Assembly: GCF_028641065.1 (NCBI RefSeq)
Contig: NC_073386.1
Coordinates: forward strand, 17,236,001 to 17,300,000
Direction of reading: 5' to 3'
DNA: 64,000 bases
DNA from: Leucoraja erinacea
Taxonomy: Eukaryota
This document shows positions 1 to 14,053 of the stretch, in pieces. The first letter of the stretch is position 1; each line of letters begins with the position of its first letter. The notes below the pieces were generated by a model. That model did no database searches, was not told the DNA's origin, and saw only the letters and a program-made list of their open reading frames with translations. A program made the position numbers and the translations under genes.

Positions 1-785
1 ATTGGAGCCATGGGTGAACCGCGAGGTCCATTCCCAGGTGAAGTCCTTGGAACGGATCTCATCGACTTCACAGATCAAGTCAAACAATCTCAAAAAATCC
101 ATTAACGACTTGCAAAGTCTCAAGGATGCTAATAGGGAATTTCGCAAAACACGTGTCCCAGGAAAACCATCCGAACACCTGCCGATTGCGGCAAGGTTTA
201 CATGCTATAACGGGCTACAATATGTAGTCGGGCAGTATTACTGACCACAACATCCCCCTCCCCAACAAGCTCAATGTATTCTATGCCTTATAGAATCCAC
301 GGCTGTGTCCTCAGAACCTGCTCAAACTAGTATAGTATGATTTGACTGGGTAGCACACAAAGTTTCTCACTATCTTGGAACACATGATAAAAGTAAACTA
401 ATGCCAATTTTTTAATTGACAAGCTCAGGTGCTCCTTCTAGCTAGAAAAACTATACCCATTCTATCTTACGGTAATTTTGAAAAGCCATCATAAATGGGC
501 AAATCTCATTCATTTTCTTCCAGTGTTTGACCCACAATTTGGCAGTCTGTGCATTATATTTACAAGAATATATTTATTCTATCATCTCCGAACGGAAACC
601 TCAACGGCAGATACAGTACCTGTGGTTTGCACGCAACAAAATGAAGCCATTTTCAAAGATCAATGTTCAATCATTTGTCAATTTACCTTGTGGGCGATGC
701 TCAAATTTAAAGTAATTCTAACTGGTTTAGTAATAGACAAAATCGAAATTCTTCAAATATAAACATTTTCACAAGATTAACCTAC

Positions 786-944
786 CTCCTTCAACGAATT
801 CATTTTTGCGCTAAAATGAGGAGTTTTCAACATACGTAGGAGGATATCTAGTCGGAGGTCATCTACCACAGTCACCAATGCAGGCTGAAAGCGCATGCAC
901 AGCAGTTTGATGGCAGAGAGAAGCTCTGGAATCGTCACCAATTT
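786..944 (-). CDS. USP24: USP24 exon 10 (gene continues beyond the window start)
   Basis: KLVTIPELLSAIKLLCMRFQPALVTVVDDLRLDILLRMLKTPHFSAKMNSLKE; 159 nt, cag|...|gtagg. Confidence 0.96.
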
Positions 945-1990
945 CTGTGTTGGACAATAATTTGAAATAATACTTTTGCAGTAGACAAACAAGTTATGAT
1001 AATGCAGCAATTTGAAAGTATCTCTACAAAAACTATAAGAAGCCCTCTCTCTTTACTTATTGTCTCTCTCAGCACAATGCGTACTCTTGCTAATATAGTT
1101 TCATGAATGGCAACATTAATATTAGTCGAAGCCTGGTGCGACTGAGTGGACGTGGTCGGGTATCTACCTCTTTGGTGATCCTCGGACTATCCTTGATCGG
1201 ACTTGGCTGGCTTTAAATTGCATGAAACGTTATTCAATTATCAGGTATCTATGCACTCTAAAAGAATCAATTATAATCATGTATTGTCTTTCTGTTGACT
1301 GGTTAGCAAGCAACAAATGCTTTTCACTGTACCTTGGTACGCGTGACAATAAACCAAAGTGAACCCTTTATCATTTAACTGAATATTGTGGATGGTTCGA
1401 TTGTAATCATGTATTGTCTATCCATGGACTGGTTAGTGCACAACAAAAACTTTTTACTGTACTTTGTTACGTGTGACAATAAACTAAACTGGAAACTGGA
1501 GGGGGGGTTCACTTCTCTTAGAGGAGGCCATTCACTTGGTTGACAGGGTTGTTTTAAAAAAACAAAAAACACTGCTGATGAAATCAATAGAAACAGCACA
1601 TGAAAGCAAGTTTGATAAAGTCCATCAAATATGGAAACTAATCATACTTGTGGAAATGTCTGTTAGATGTGGGTCAGGAGAATTGCATCCAACTGGATTA
1701 ACAAGAGATCCAACATTTTTTCAGCTCTAATGAGCAGCAAAAGAATGTCTGAACTTCCCACAAAGCATCAACGGAAAAAAAAACACCGGACAAATGCCAA
1801 ATAAAGCATACATAATTAACTGCTCATAATTCTCTGTACTGTTGTCTGCGTATTGTCTCATTTTATGGGGAAATGCGTTAAAGTTAAAGAGGCAAATCTG
1901 AAATACGTTTACACATTAATCGAGAGATTCCAACAAGGCTAAAATAGAAAAAATATTTTAAGGCAATTCAGAAAAATATAATGAAAATAC

Positions 1991-2065
1991 CTTGTCTTTC
2001 AGATCTTTTTCTTCTAAACTTTGTACGTATCTAATCATTTTGTCAATGACAGGGTCCAGCATGGG
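1991..2065 (-). CDS. USP24: USP24 exon 9
   Basis: PMLDPVIDKMIRYVQSLEEKDLKDK; 75 nt, cag|...|gtatt. Confidence 0.94.
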
Positions 2066-2260
2066 CTGCAAATAAAAATGAAAAACTGAATGAAAAAGGT
2101 TAAATCCACAGCCTAATTGCACGTACTATATTCAGAATTTAATCTTGCATATGTAACTTGATAAAAAGCTAGATTTGATTCCTATTTTGTTCACTTGCAG
2201 TGGGGTCATTTCCTTTTGAGATGTAACTATTCTGCTGAAGATGTATATAATGGTACTCAC

Positions 2261-2326
2261 CTGCACCACCATGGGATTTAGATATTCAGCACAGACACTC
2301 AATGGCTGCACCAGTGCAGATACAGC
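2261..2326 (-). CDS. USP24: USP24 exon 8
   Basis: AVSALVQPLSVCAEYLNPMVVQ; 66 nt, tag|...|gtgagt. Confidence 0.94.
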
Positions 2327-2688
2327 CTAAAACATAAGAAGAGTAATTACTTTAAAGAGCAAGTCTTTTAACAACCAATTAGATTTAAGTAATGCAACTA
2401 GCTTGTAGTTTCCCACTGGGCTATAATATTAGAGTCATTGTAAGTATAAAAATAAAATCAATATTTTTCCCTTCAAATAACACTTCAAAATAAAGCCTTT
2501 AACACACATATCTACAGAAACATGAATATCCATAGTCTGTTATAAAATGGTACAAAGCAGTGATGGAAAGTGCTGCAAAAAATTAAAATAATAAATCAAA
2601 ACTCGAGGTAATTATTCAAGATTAGCACTAAATCAGACAAATATAAACGCTTAACACGTTTCCAAATTACAGCTTTCAAAGTACTTAC

Positions 2689-2754
2689 CGCTGTTTCTAT
2701 ATCATCTGCACCAAGCTTAAGCTGGATTGCTGAAAACCCACCCATCTCACCGAA
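2689..2754 (-). CDS. USP24: USP24 exon 7
   Basis: FGEMGGFSAIQLKLGADDIETA; 66 nt, tag|...|gtaagt. Confidence 0.93.
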
Positions 2755-3857
2755 CTAGAAAATGAAACAAAATTGAACATTTCAACCGATGACCGACTTC
2801 CATCATAAAACAGTTGTAATAAAAAATAAACTAAAGTACAGATTAGTGATTCCAGCTGGAAACAATCATGTTGTACTGAGGTGATATCTAGGTCACACAC
2901 TGAATGAGCTGAACACACATATAATCTACGGTTTTCTGCTAGATGGTACCAGCTTTTATTGTTTCCAATACCATTGCCAATGCAGTTAAAGTTGTCTTAT
3001 GTAATTCCATATCATGTAGAAATAAATATTTTTACAAAATATATTACCTTGGAGCATAAGTTTATATCATTAGTAAAGGGGAAAAGCGAAACAAGCTGAT
3101 GTTGGTAAATTTACTCTGTGGGTACTTAAAACTTCTATCTGGAACTTGCCAAAACGTAGGAAAACAACAATATCATTAAACAACTTAATCCGTAGTCGCC
3201 TCTTCCTCCATCTTAACATCATCTGAAACTGTTTGATTGTAAGATTGCAATAACTAGAGTCGAGATTTTATTAAAGATCTTAGTTGAAAGTGACTTTCTA
3301 AATTTTAAGTTCTGGACCCAACTACTCAAGTTGCTAAATTCTGACAATCAGACCCTGAAGTTTCAAGGAGGCTTTCAAATACCTATGGGCACTTAAAAAT
3401 TCTGCTGATCAGCACAACATCAAAGAAGATAATACTATGTCAATCATTGCTAACAATTCCAGCAGAGTGCTGCTGGATTGAAAGTTCATTATTAAAACAA
3501 ACCTTTCTAATTCAATGTTAGCAAGGAACCACAGTAAATAGTCACTGAGATATATTGTACATATAATCAAACAACAATACTGGATAATTATTTGATTACT
3601 AGGGTTTATTATAGGAATTTAGTTGAAAAACATTGGCCTGGACTTTTATGGCTAACAGCAAAGAGATGGCACTTGCTGCTCACCTCAGAGAAAATAGTCC
3701 ACAAAGATCTAGCTCTCTTTGTGGTACAGACTTCATTTTTCCAATATCAGTTGCTGTGAGGCATCAGCTGAAAGGAGTGCCTGGCATACAATCAGAGTGA
3801 TCCGAGCTGCCAATAACATTGAAGACTTAGATAGCAGGAAGGAAAAGGCAGATTTTT

Positions 3858-4660
3858 AAGTGGAATATGAGGTGCTGCTCCTCCAATTTCCGGTGGTGCT
3901 CACTCTGGCCATGGAGGAGGCCCAGGACAGAGAGGTCGGATTCGGAATGGGAGGGGGAGTTGAAGTGCTGAGCCACTGGGACATCAGGTTGGTTAATGCG
4001 GACCGAGCAGAGGTGTTCGGCGAAACGATCACCAAGCCTACGATGTAGATCAGCTGACATCTAGAGCAGCGGATGCAATAGATGAGGTTGGAGGAGATGT
4101 AGGTGAACCTCTGTTGCGCCTGGAACGACTGCTTGGTTCCTTGAATGGAGTCGAGGGGAGAGGTAAAGCGACAAGTGCAGCATCTCTTGCGGTTGCAAGG
4201 GAAAGTGCCCGGGGAGGGGGTGGTGCGGGAGGGAAGGGAAGAATTGACCATGGATCGTTTCGCCGAACACCTCCGCTCGGTCCGCATTAACCAACCTGAT
4301 CTCCCGGTGGCTCAGCACTTCAACTTCCCCTCCCATTCCAAATCTGACCTCTGTCCTGTGCCTCCTCCATGGCCAGAGTGAGCACCACCGGAAATTGGAG
4401 GAGCAGCACCTCATATTCCACTTGGGCAGTCTGCACCCTAGCGGCATAAACATTGAATTCTCCAATTTCTGGTAGCCCTTGCTGTCTCCTCCCCTTCTCA
4501 GCTCTCCCTCAGCCTCGGGCTCCTCCTCTTCCTTTTTCCTTTCTTCCCCCTCCCCCCACTCTACATCAGTCTGAAGAAGGGTTTCGGCCCGAAACGTTGC
4601 CTATTTCCTTCGCTCCATAGATGCTGCTGCACCCGCTGAGTTTCTCCAGCACTTTTGTCT
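3858..4660. mobile_element. Penelope-like element fragment with an inverted segment
   Basis: GIY-YIG remnant (SSNLIYCIRCSRCQLIYI) on the minus strand, then a plus-strand copy of the 3' end with a hammerhead-like core at 4571-4598. Confidence 0.8.
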
Positions 4661-6149
4661 GCCAGAGGAAATAGTTGAGGAAGGTACTATAACAACATTT
4701 AAAAGATTGTTTTAAAGAATTAGAGGGATATGAGACAAACACGAGCAGATGGGACAAGTGTAGAAGGGGCATCTTGGTCAGCATGGGCAAGTTGCGCCGA
4801 AAGGCCTGTTTTCATGTATAATGACTATGAAAAATTATGTGCCATTACATTCACAAATACTTTGCAATCTGGTTCATCTAACAATGGTGATGTTTTATTC
4901 CTATTGAATCATTAAGAATGTGCGCAAGTACAACTTATTTGCACTTGACACTGGAAAAATAATGTTGAACTTTACAGCATAAGGCTGGCATGCTGATAAT
5001 CCTGGTCATTTCATGTCCTTATACAGAGTCTTCCCACATATAGCTTTACTGTAGTATGCTCGTTAGCTCCACACTATTACATCCAATTTTAGAATTAGCT
5101 GCTATAATCCTTGGCAATAAACTGTCTGCAAAACTAAAATTATCTTTAAAAAAAGCTTTCTGAACCGGTGGCATTCTTCTGGTAACCTTTTAATTTTAAC
5201 ACCTTCACAAACCCACCATGCTTTGTTTATTTAAAGGACACTCAAACATCTATTGCAGCAGGTTTTAATTTAGCCTGTGGACGTGTGAAATTGCCGATTA
5301 GTTCAGAGAGGTTGCTTCTACAGAATATGTAATCCCGCGAAAGAAATCCAATAAACTGGTTAAGGGACAAATAGTCCCTCGAGAACACAAGCGGATTGTC
5401 CCGAATCACATTTATCCTTCCAGATAATCCTTCTATTACCTCAAATAAGCTTAAAAATATTAGCGAGCCATTCTCCAATTTTCTTAGTGGACTGCAATGT
5501 CCTTGACAGAATTTTTAATTTCAGATCTCTTTTTACCACCTGGTTTCTAAAGCTTTATACTGTTTCTAGACTATGAGAAACAGAAGAATGTAAGTAAGTG
5601 TTCAATATTTGAGAAATCTGGCACTGACATAATCAGATGAATCTTCACTGCTCTGTTCCATCGGTTCTCTTGGAACTCAATGATTTACATTTCCTCTCTA
5701 AAGTCCTCAACCAAATAAAATGGAAATAGTCTGCAAAACAAATTAAGAACCTTGCTGCATCTGCTTCCAAGATGTCACCATTGAACAATCTAACACCATC
5801 TAACATAAATAGTTGAAAGTCCCTTCTGCATACCTCCCACTTCTATCTAATACATTTTAAATGTTATGGTACATTGTTTCATCCTATACTTTTCATGCTA
5901 TTCTTTTGTGTTCTCTTCATTTTAATATATTTGGTATTCTCTCTTTTCCACTACTATAATGTGTCATTTGTTAAATATACGTACACACTTTTTCCCTCAC
6001 CCCTTCCATTTTCATTTTCTCTTTCAGTGTGCTATTTATTGTACAAAGCCAACACCACACAAGATTAGTTACAATGATCATACAAGATCTATCAGGATCC
6101 TCCACAGTTAAGAACAAATGGAGGGAACAAAACGGAATGAAGTGCCTAC

Positions 6150-6185
6150 CCGATTAACCAGATCTATGAGCCAGCCATGAGGTTC
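6150..6185 (-). CDS. USP24: USP24 exon 6 (36-nt microexon)
   Basis: EPHGWLIDLVNR, tgcag|...|gtaggc; fills the gap between exons 5 and 7 in frame. Confidence 0.92.
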
Positions 6186-6814
6186 CTGCAAAATAATGAT
6201 GAAAATAAATAAATCCATTGACAATTATAATTCACCGATATCAAGAAAATACCCCAAAAAATGTGATTAACTTAATGCTAGCCAAGTTAAAAATAATTTG
6301 GGGGCTCTCAGACTACTCATTAAACTCTAATTGCACTGGTATTCTGGTGCATGAATCACAAATCGCTATTAGGAAAATTCAACAAGGCAGGCACCCATAG
6401 GCAATTTGGCCTTCATCACAATGGAACTGAAGTTTAATTATTTCAGTTCCTTTCAACACACCAGGAATATCGCACAGCATTTTGGTCTCTTTGCCTAAGA
6501 AAAAAAAAATATCAAGTCCAAAGGAGAGCCACCAAACTTGATTTTTTGCACAGGAGGGTTATCCTTATTGAGACAAGATCCTGAGGGGACGTGACAGGGT
6601 AGATGTTGCAATGCTTTCACTAATGTGAGTCTCAAACAAGGGGATTAGGGTGGAAGTAAATACAATTTTGAAAGATCAGGGAATTGAAGGCTTCAGAGTA
6701 TTGACACAAGGAAAGCTGAAGCAAACCTGGATCAGCATGATCATGCTGAACAGCAAGGCATATTCGAGAGGAGTGTTAGCCAACTCTTGCCATTTACTTA
6801 TGCAATATACATCA

Positions 6815-7755
6815 ATATTTTACAATATACATCAATGATTTGGATGAAGGGATTCAAAGTAACATTAGTAAATTTGCAGATGACACAAAGCTGAGTGGCA
6901 GTGTGAACTGTGAGGAGGATGCTATGAGAATGCAGGGTGACTTGGACAGGTTGGGGGAGTGGGCAGATGCACGGCAGATTAAGTTTAATGCGGATAAATG
7001 TGAGGTTATCCACTTTGGTAGCAAAAACAGGAAGGCAGATTACTATCTAAATGCCGTCAAGTTGGGAAAAGGGGAAGTACAACGGGATCTGAGGGTCCTT
7101 GTACATCAGTCTATGAAAGTAAGCATGCAGGTAAAGCAGGCAAAGAAAGTGAATGGCATGTTGGCTTTTATAACAAGAGGAATCTAATATAGGAGCAAAG
7201 AGGTCATTCTGCAGTTGTACAGAGCCCTAGTGAGACCACACCTGGAGTATTGTGTGCCGTTTTGGTCCCCTAATTTGAGGGAGCGTAGGTTTACAAGGTT
7301 AATTCCAGTGATGGCAAGACTGTCATATGCTGAGAGAATGGAGCAGCTGTGCTTGAACACTCTGGAGTTAAGAAGGATGAGAGGGGAACTCATTGAAACA
7401 TATAAGATTGTTAAGGGCTTGGACACACTAGAGGCAGGAAAAATGTTCCCGATGTTGGGGGAGTCCAGAACCAGGAGCCACAGTTTAAGAATAAGGAGTA
7501 AGCCATTTAGAACGGAGAAACACTTTTTCTCACAGAGAGTGGTGAGTCTGTGGAATTCTCTGCCTCAGAGGGTGGTGGAGGCAGGTTCTGTGGATGCTTT
7601 CAAGAGAGAGCTAGATAGGGGTCTTAAAAATAGCAGTCAGGGGATATGGGGGAAAAGGCAGGAACGGGGTACTGTGTGGATGGTCAGCCATGATCACATT
7701 GAATGATGGTGCTGGCACGAAGAGCCAAATGGCCTACTCCTGCACCTATTGTCTA
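6815..7755 (+). mobile_element. CR1-type LINE, 5'-truncated RT C-terminus and 3' UTR
   Basis: YINDLDEGIQSNISKFADDTKL, YRALVRPHLEYC, FFSQRVVSLWNSLP; interrupted by a stop and deletions. Confidence 0.92.
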
Positions 7756-9164
7756 CTTGGAGTCTTATATATATTCAACATTTTGTTCCTTTTCAGCATC
7801 GGTTGCAAGATCAGTAATTTTTTCCCATTCCTAACAGTTCTCTCAAAAAAATGGCGAGTCGCTTTCTTTTAACTACTATAGTCCTTCTGTGAAGGGACTG
7901 TTGGGTTGGGTGTCACATGATTCAGATCTGCCAACAATGAAGCACCAGTGATATATTTCTACATCAGGCTGCTAAAAAGTCATGGCGACTCATTTTTATT
8001 TTCTTCAAAGATTAATTGTAAAGTGAGAACAAGCTAAAATACTGAAACATAAACCAGCATGGCAAACATAATCCTGGGGCACTGATCATTTCCCATATAA
8101 AGGTCAGGGGTGATAAATGGGGACAGGTTGCAAATCAGCAAATATTCACATCATGTGGGGAAATAGAATGAACTTAATTTTTCCTTGATGGTTCACAAAA
8201 AGGCAAAAAAAACCATTCAGCTGCATTCCAGAATTCCAACCACTCTTCTGTAATGGGCTATCCATTGGACAAATAGCCTGTCAATGCTCAATATTTCCAT
8301 GCCTCAATAATGAAATTGCATATTTCAAGGGTACAGGATGATCGTTGGTTGGCATGGTCTCGGCGTGTCAAATGGCCAATTTCCACGCTGCATCTCAAAA
8401 GTTTAAAGTAAAGACTGAATATTTAGCATTGTTAAAGTACATAAAGCTCAGACCCGCTATTGGCAGAAGGAATTTTAAATCTAATTTTAGAATTGTTTTC
8501 ATTGTCTTTGCTGGATTAAATATTTATGTCAAAATCTGATTATAGAGTTTAAGAATTATTTGTTAAAATGTAAGGACAATAAACAGATGTGGTCACTACA
8601 AGAAAGACAATTAGCTCACACCATTCTCCTCCTTTGCCCAGCATCAACGCAATCCCATACACATCAGCCACTCAGAAGTGTTCATAATTTACCATAGCAT
8701 AGATTTCAAAGATGTAAATGAGACCTCGATGAGAACAGAAAGTTTAGGAACAATTGTTCCACAGCTACAGGTGCAGCAAAATAAATTGGTAAGACAATTT
8801 GCACAAAAGATTGATTTCTCGTGATTGCATTGATACACACGTTTTGTACTGCCCATGCCTTAAATATGTTGGTCAAAGGGTCTGAATGTTAAAAGAACCA
8901 TGCCATGTATTGGTGGGGCTGGAGCTCAATCTTTGTCTTGGTTGGATAATTACCCAAAGACAAATCTTGAAAGCAATTGCAAGCATAAAGAGTCACCACA
9001 ACCGAAAATATTGCGAGACACAAATACATTTTTAAACTTCAAAAAATAGTAAGAGTGAATTGCCATTCACATTTACTATTTGACATTGCTATCAAGTGGC
9101 GTTCTAACAGCACAGCACAAAGTATCTATGTGCACACATAAAGTTGCCCCACTGTCCAACGCAC

Positions 9165-9287
9165 CTTCTGTAAATTGGCTGGTGGCGAGATGGCATACAT
9201 TTTGCCATCTCCAAAAACATCTGCCCAATTCCTCTGGCACATTTTCATACGATTCTTGAAATGGTACTCGTTACCTGGATTGAAAGC
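9165..9287 (-). CDS. USP24: USP24 exon 5
   Basis: AFNPGNEYHFKNRMKMCQRNWADVFGDGKMYAISPPANLQK; 123 nt, AG/GT flanked. Confidence 0.95.
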
Positions 9288-10317
9288 CTGGAAAACCAAA
9301 CAATATCCATTGCAAAATATTAAAAACCCATTAAAATGTAACATTGTCATTCTTTAATGTGCAAATATAACATTCATTCCAAATGCAAGTAATTCTCAAT
9401 GTATACTCTTTTTAACAGCATCACTACCTTGGTGCAATTTACACAGGTATTTCCAGATTTCTTATGCATTGGAGTAAAACTTGTACAGTTGTGAGGATTA
9501 TACCCTTAAGTACACAGCTTTTTGTCCATGGAGGATGGCGCAAAAGACCATGGGCCAAACCGTTGCCATCAGTCCACACACATGTGGGTGCACAGAAATG
9601 CCACACGCATACACAGCAAAATCATTCAAGATGCCCCTACTAGAAGTATCTTGACATTCACTTTGTCAAAACCTCTGAAATCTTGAGTTTCAATAAGATC
9701 ATCCCTCAGTCTCAATCTCCAACGAATGTACACAAACCTTCTATCCTAGGAATCAATCTTGTGAACCTTGTAGGCGGTGCAGGCTCGAAGGGCTGAATAG
9801 CCTACTCCTGCACCTATTTTCTATGTTTCTATGAAACTTCTCAGCACTACCTCCAATCCAAGTACATTCTTCCTCAAATACACAGACCAAAACTGCACGC
9901 AGAACTCCAAATGCTGTTTCATTGCCCCGTATAAAGTAGCATCATAACATTCCCTACTTTTATACTCCTTATCTCTTACAATAAATGCCAACGTTCTACT
10001 TGCTTGCTTAATTATTTGTTACAGCTCTATGCCAATCTTTCACAATTTGTGTACCGAGGACCATAATTTCTTTGCACTGCAAAGTTTCTCATGTTTTAAT
10101 AATAATTTTCATTCTTCCTTAACTTCAAATTTTTCAATCACATATCTGTATAAATTGGAAAGTCAAAAGTGGCATATCAAATGGTACCACACTATATACC
10201 ATCTGCCAATGTCTTGCCCACTTCGATTCCTTTATTGTATTTGCATTCTCCTCACAATATGCTACACCATCTCCTGAGTATCCTGAGAATTTCTTGAAGC
10301 AATAATAGTCAACATAC

Positions 10318-10461
10318 CATGGTGAGTACCCCCATAAGGCTAATCGGAATTGGGTCTTGCTTGACACGTGCCGCAACTAGATCCACCAAAAGCATCACCA
10401 TGTTATAGATTCCCTCGTGGATTTCAGTACCCCATTTATGGACAGCACTTGAAGTTAATAA
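10318..10461 (-). CDS. USP24: USP24 exon 4
   Basis: LLTSSAVHKWGTEIHEGIYNMVMLLVDLVAARVKQDPIPISLMGVLTM; 144 nt, AG/GT flanked. Confidence 0.95.
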
Positions 10462-10795
10462 CTGTAAAAATAATCAAGAAAGAGTGAATCAGTAACTCAT
10501 CTATTTATTAAATGTTGAGAGCAATAAGATGCGAGTGACGAGTCAGCCAAAAAAAATTCAGGAATACATAATCAAATTTTTAAAACTGGAATAATGCTTA
10601 AGACTTCATGCAGTTCATTACAATTTTATATAGTTTAAACCATTAAAAGTGACCTCTGCACTTATACTGAAAATATAAGCATTTGTCAAAGATAAAACTG
10701 ACCTATAAAAATACAGTACAAATCTACAACTTAGAAAGAAAGTACAATTTTATTTTAAGTTAATAAATTGTGAATATCTAACTTTCTTATTTTAC

Positions 10796-10863
10796 CTTTT
10801 TAAAAGCTTCTGCCATACATCGGTCTGTAAATCTTTTACAATTTTCATCAGCATCAGCAAGAC
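10796..10863 (-). CDS. USP24: USP24 exon 3
   Basis: (G)LADADENCKRFTDRCMAEAFKK; 68 nt, AG/GT flanked, phase consistent with exon 2. Confidence 0.93.
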
Positions 10864-11333
10864 CTGCAGCAATCGCATACATATGAAAGAACAAAATAAA
10901 TGACTAATGTAACAGGGGAAAAAACGATTTTTACTTGCCCCACGATTTTAAAACCCGACCCGTGCATCCTCAACAAAAAAACAGCTAATTTTTTTCAGAT
11001 TGTATTTTAAAATTTATTTAAATGTCTGCAGTAAGCCAGCAGAGATCAAAGCTGACCACACCTTCTGGACTTAGTTTCATCAAACCCCATTCATGCCACA
11101 TTTTGAATTGGTTTCAAAATTAACCTTGGAGCAAATACAGCTCTGATTTTCTTTTTCCGTGTGATAATTGTACTCTTTTGGTGCCACAATTAAATCACCA
11201 CTTGTAAACTTCCAATTCCCATTTTGCTCCTCATTAAAATGTGGCATGAGCCACATCACTCAGCAACTGGGCAGGCTAAATGGGAAGCAGGATAGACAAC
11301 ATAATAAACAAAAATAACGATAGACAAATGGAA

Positions 11334-11615
11334 GGGCGGCCACACTGGCGCAGTAGCAGATTTGTTACTTTATGGCGCCAAAAACCCGGCTTCGATTCCG
11401 ACTATGGGTGCTGCCTGTATGGAGTTTGTATATGTCCTGTATGTTCTCACCGTGACCGCGTGGGTTTTCTACGGGTGCTATGGTTTCCTCCCACACCCCA
11501 AAATTGTAAATTGTCGCTACGTGTTAATAGGCGTTGGTAGTGCTAGTGTACGGGTTGGCACAGACTCAGTGGGCCAAAGGGCCTGTTTCCGCACTGTATC
11601 TCTAAAGTCTAAAGT
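11334..11615 (+). mobile_element. tRNA-derived SINE (HE1-like), representative copy
   Basis: Head GGCGGCCACACTGGCGCAG...TTCGATTCC, body GGTTTCCTCCCACACCCCAAA, tail of CTAAAG repeats. Related copies near 22685, 37940, 39409 (-), 43510, 44325 (-), 58480 (-) and 62930 (-). Confidence 0.8.
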
Positions 11616-12116
11616 AAAGTCTAAATTAATAACAGGAGAAAGTAAAATGCCGCAAGTTACTCACAATATTAAATATGTTTGCTTCCATCTAAATTTTCTA
11701 CAAATTAAAATCCATTTTGGGATGCAGGAGGAAACTTTTCTATAAGAGTTGACTCAATTATTTAATTACGTATAAATAGCATAGATGGGTCATGCACCCC
11801 AACACATCCATGCTGATGCTCAATTCCACCTTACACCTGCCCGTTCTATCAGTCAATATAATAGTAGACCTCCTCGAATGGTTGTCCAGTCTCTTGTTAA
11901 ATATGTCTAATTAATTATTCACATCAACCATTCCACATTCAACCAAAACCGATTTTCTATAGCATATTTTGAGTGATGCTAAAGGGGAAAATATGATTTT
12001 CTTCTCTTACTCCATAGTTGTTCATTGCTAGATATTAAGCATGTTTTTACATAGTTCAGATACTGAACAAAGAAACAAATGCTGTTTTGACTACTCAATT
12101 CCTTTTTCGAACTTAC

Positions 12117-12282
12117 CAAGGCGTGCAAGGTACGTGGATGCTATCAGGCACTTGCCCAGTGATTCTTCACGTTTGTACGGGATAGACCAGTGATCAGTGA
12201 ACACTCGACTTTCCAATTCATACAGATTCGTGGTTGGAAATTCAATGGTCCCTGAACAGTTTCCATTCTCATCATTGCTCCT
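12117..12282 (-). CDS. USP24: USP24 exon 2
   Basis: RSNDENGNCSGTIEFPTTNLYELESRVFTDHWSIPYKREESLGKCLIASTYLARL(G); CAG acceptor, GTAAGT donor; 166 nt. Confidence 0.96.
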
Positions 12283-14053
12283 CTGCAACAAAAAAATGAA
12301 TTATTAATTATTCATTACATTTGAGTATCCTTTCTCATTTATTTTCTTTCCAATCTCTTCCCTGAAAAAGTATATGATGGCAATTCTCTTCAGGCCCAAA
12401 GTATAGTGCATTATTATTTAAAAACAAATCAGTTATTAACTTGCTTCTGAGCAAATCACATCAACAAAAATGCAGTTATATTAAGAAGTGCTTTACAATA
12501 GTGAAATGTCTATTGGAGATGTTTGCTATTACACTTGGTCACTCTTCAATATTAGCACTTAAACTATTTCTTCACCATTTTACTAGGCATCATCTAAAAT
12601 ATAATTCAATTGTTGGGCTGTGCCTCCACCCGTTTACAAGGAGCATTTTAAACTAAGTGAGTCAAGCAGCTATATCAAATATAATGAGTAGGTTTACACT
12701 CGCACAAACTGTCAGAGGTAGTGTAGAAGTGAAGATGAGGAAAGTAAAGATCCTGCATTAATCATGGGTTTGCCATTAAGCATTTCAAATGCATTATATA
12801 TTAAAGTTCAAGAATTTTATATAAAAGATTTATAATAGATCCGATTCACAATTTCATCAGTATGAAGAACCTGTGACCCATAACTGCCGATAGTGAAGTT
12901 GCAGTGCTCAGAATCAAATTTTAATATTGCTAATGTGTGCATCATGTTTTAGGCCTATACTACAGGCACGTTCTCTGTTAAATATAGTGTTGTTGTAACA
13001 GATTCAACAAAAGCATACATTTGTATTGCTCCTGAAGTCTGCTTCAATTTTCAAAAACTGTGTCACTTCAATATTTCTCTGTCATATCCAATATTCATTG
13101 TAGAGATTCAAATTAAGCCAAGAATACTCCATCTGGTGTATTAGTCAGTATTCAAAGTTGATGAGCAAACAAGAACTGGATAAACAGTTTATATATTAAA
13201 GGTCAAGTCATGTTAGTGTTGATAGTGATATGCAAAATCCCTGCAGGAAGTTCCATCTGCACAAACTCATAAGAGGAGCAACCCATACAGCTCCTCAATC
13301 ATGCTCTGTCATTCAATAGAATTGCACTTAACTCACTGTTGGTTTCAACTAATTTCCTATGCAAACCTTAATTCTCAAATCCCCTATAATCCAAAAATGT
13401 GTCGGTTTGAATAAACAAGATATGTCATTTTTTTCAAGGTTTGTATATCATCGTTTGCCTTATCCACAATTCAACAACATTTTCTTCCAGCACATTCCAG
13501 GCTCCTACCACTCCATGTAAAAGAATACTTATCTTGCACATCTTCTATAAACTTTCCCCTCTCATCTCAAAGGAAAGATTTAACTTTTCCACACCGGAAT
13601 AAAAGATTGAGATTGTCTCAGTCTGTCTATGCCTCTCACCATTTGATACATTTTTATCAGGTCTCCCATCAGTCATCAACACTCCAGGGAAAACAATCCA
13701 AGTTTATACATCCTTTCACTGGAGTTAATATCCCCTAATCTAGATACCACCTTCTCCAAAGTTTCACATAATTCCTGCAATGGGACCATCAGAATTACAC
13801 ATTATACTAATTCCATGCACCGTGCTGGAGTAACTCAACAGATCATGCAGCATCTCTGAAAGACATGAATGAGTGACGCTTCGGGTCGGGACCCTTCTTC
13901 ATACTCCAAATGGCATGGAGAAACACTTATATAACCCCAAGTGAAAAGAAACAGGGTAGATGGAGCAAGAAAAATACAGACCATATTCTTCATTTTTAAA
14001 TGCAAATAGACAAAGCTGTAAAGGCTCAGCAGGTCATACAGTGAAACTCAGTA

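Noticed and set aside
2-244. 80-aa ORF at the window start as a further USP24 exon or a gene
   Set aside because: Wrong strand for USP24; resembles a decayed LINE fragment (PWVNREVHS) running into a repeat tail.
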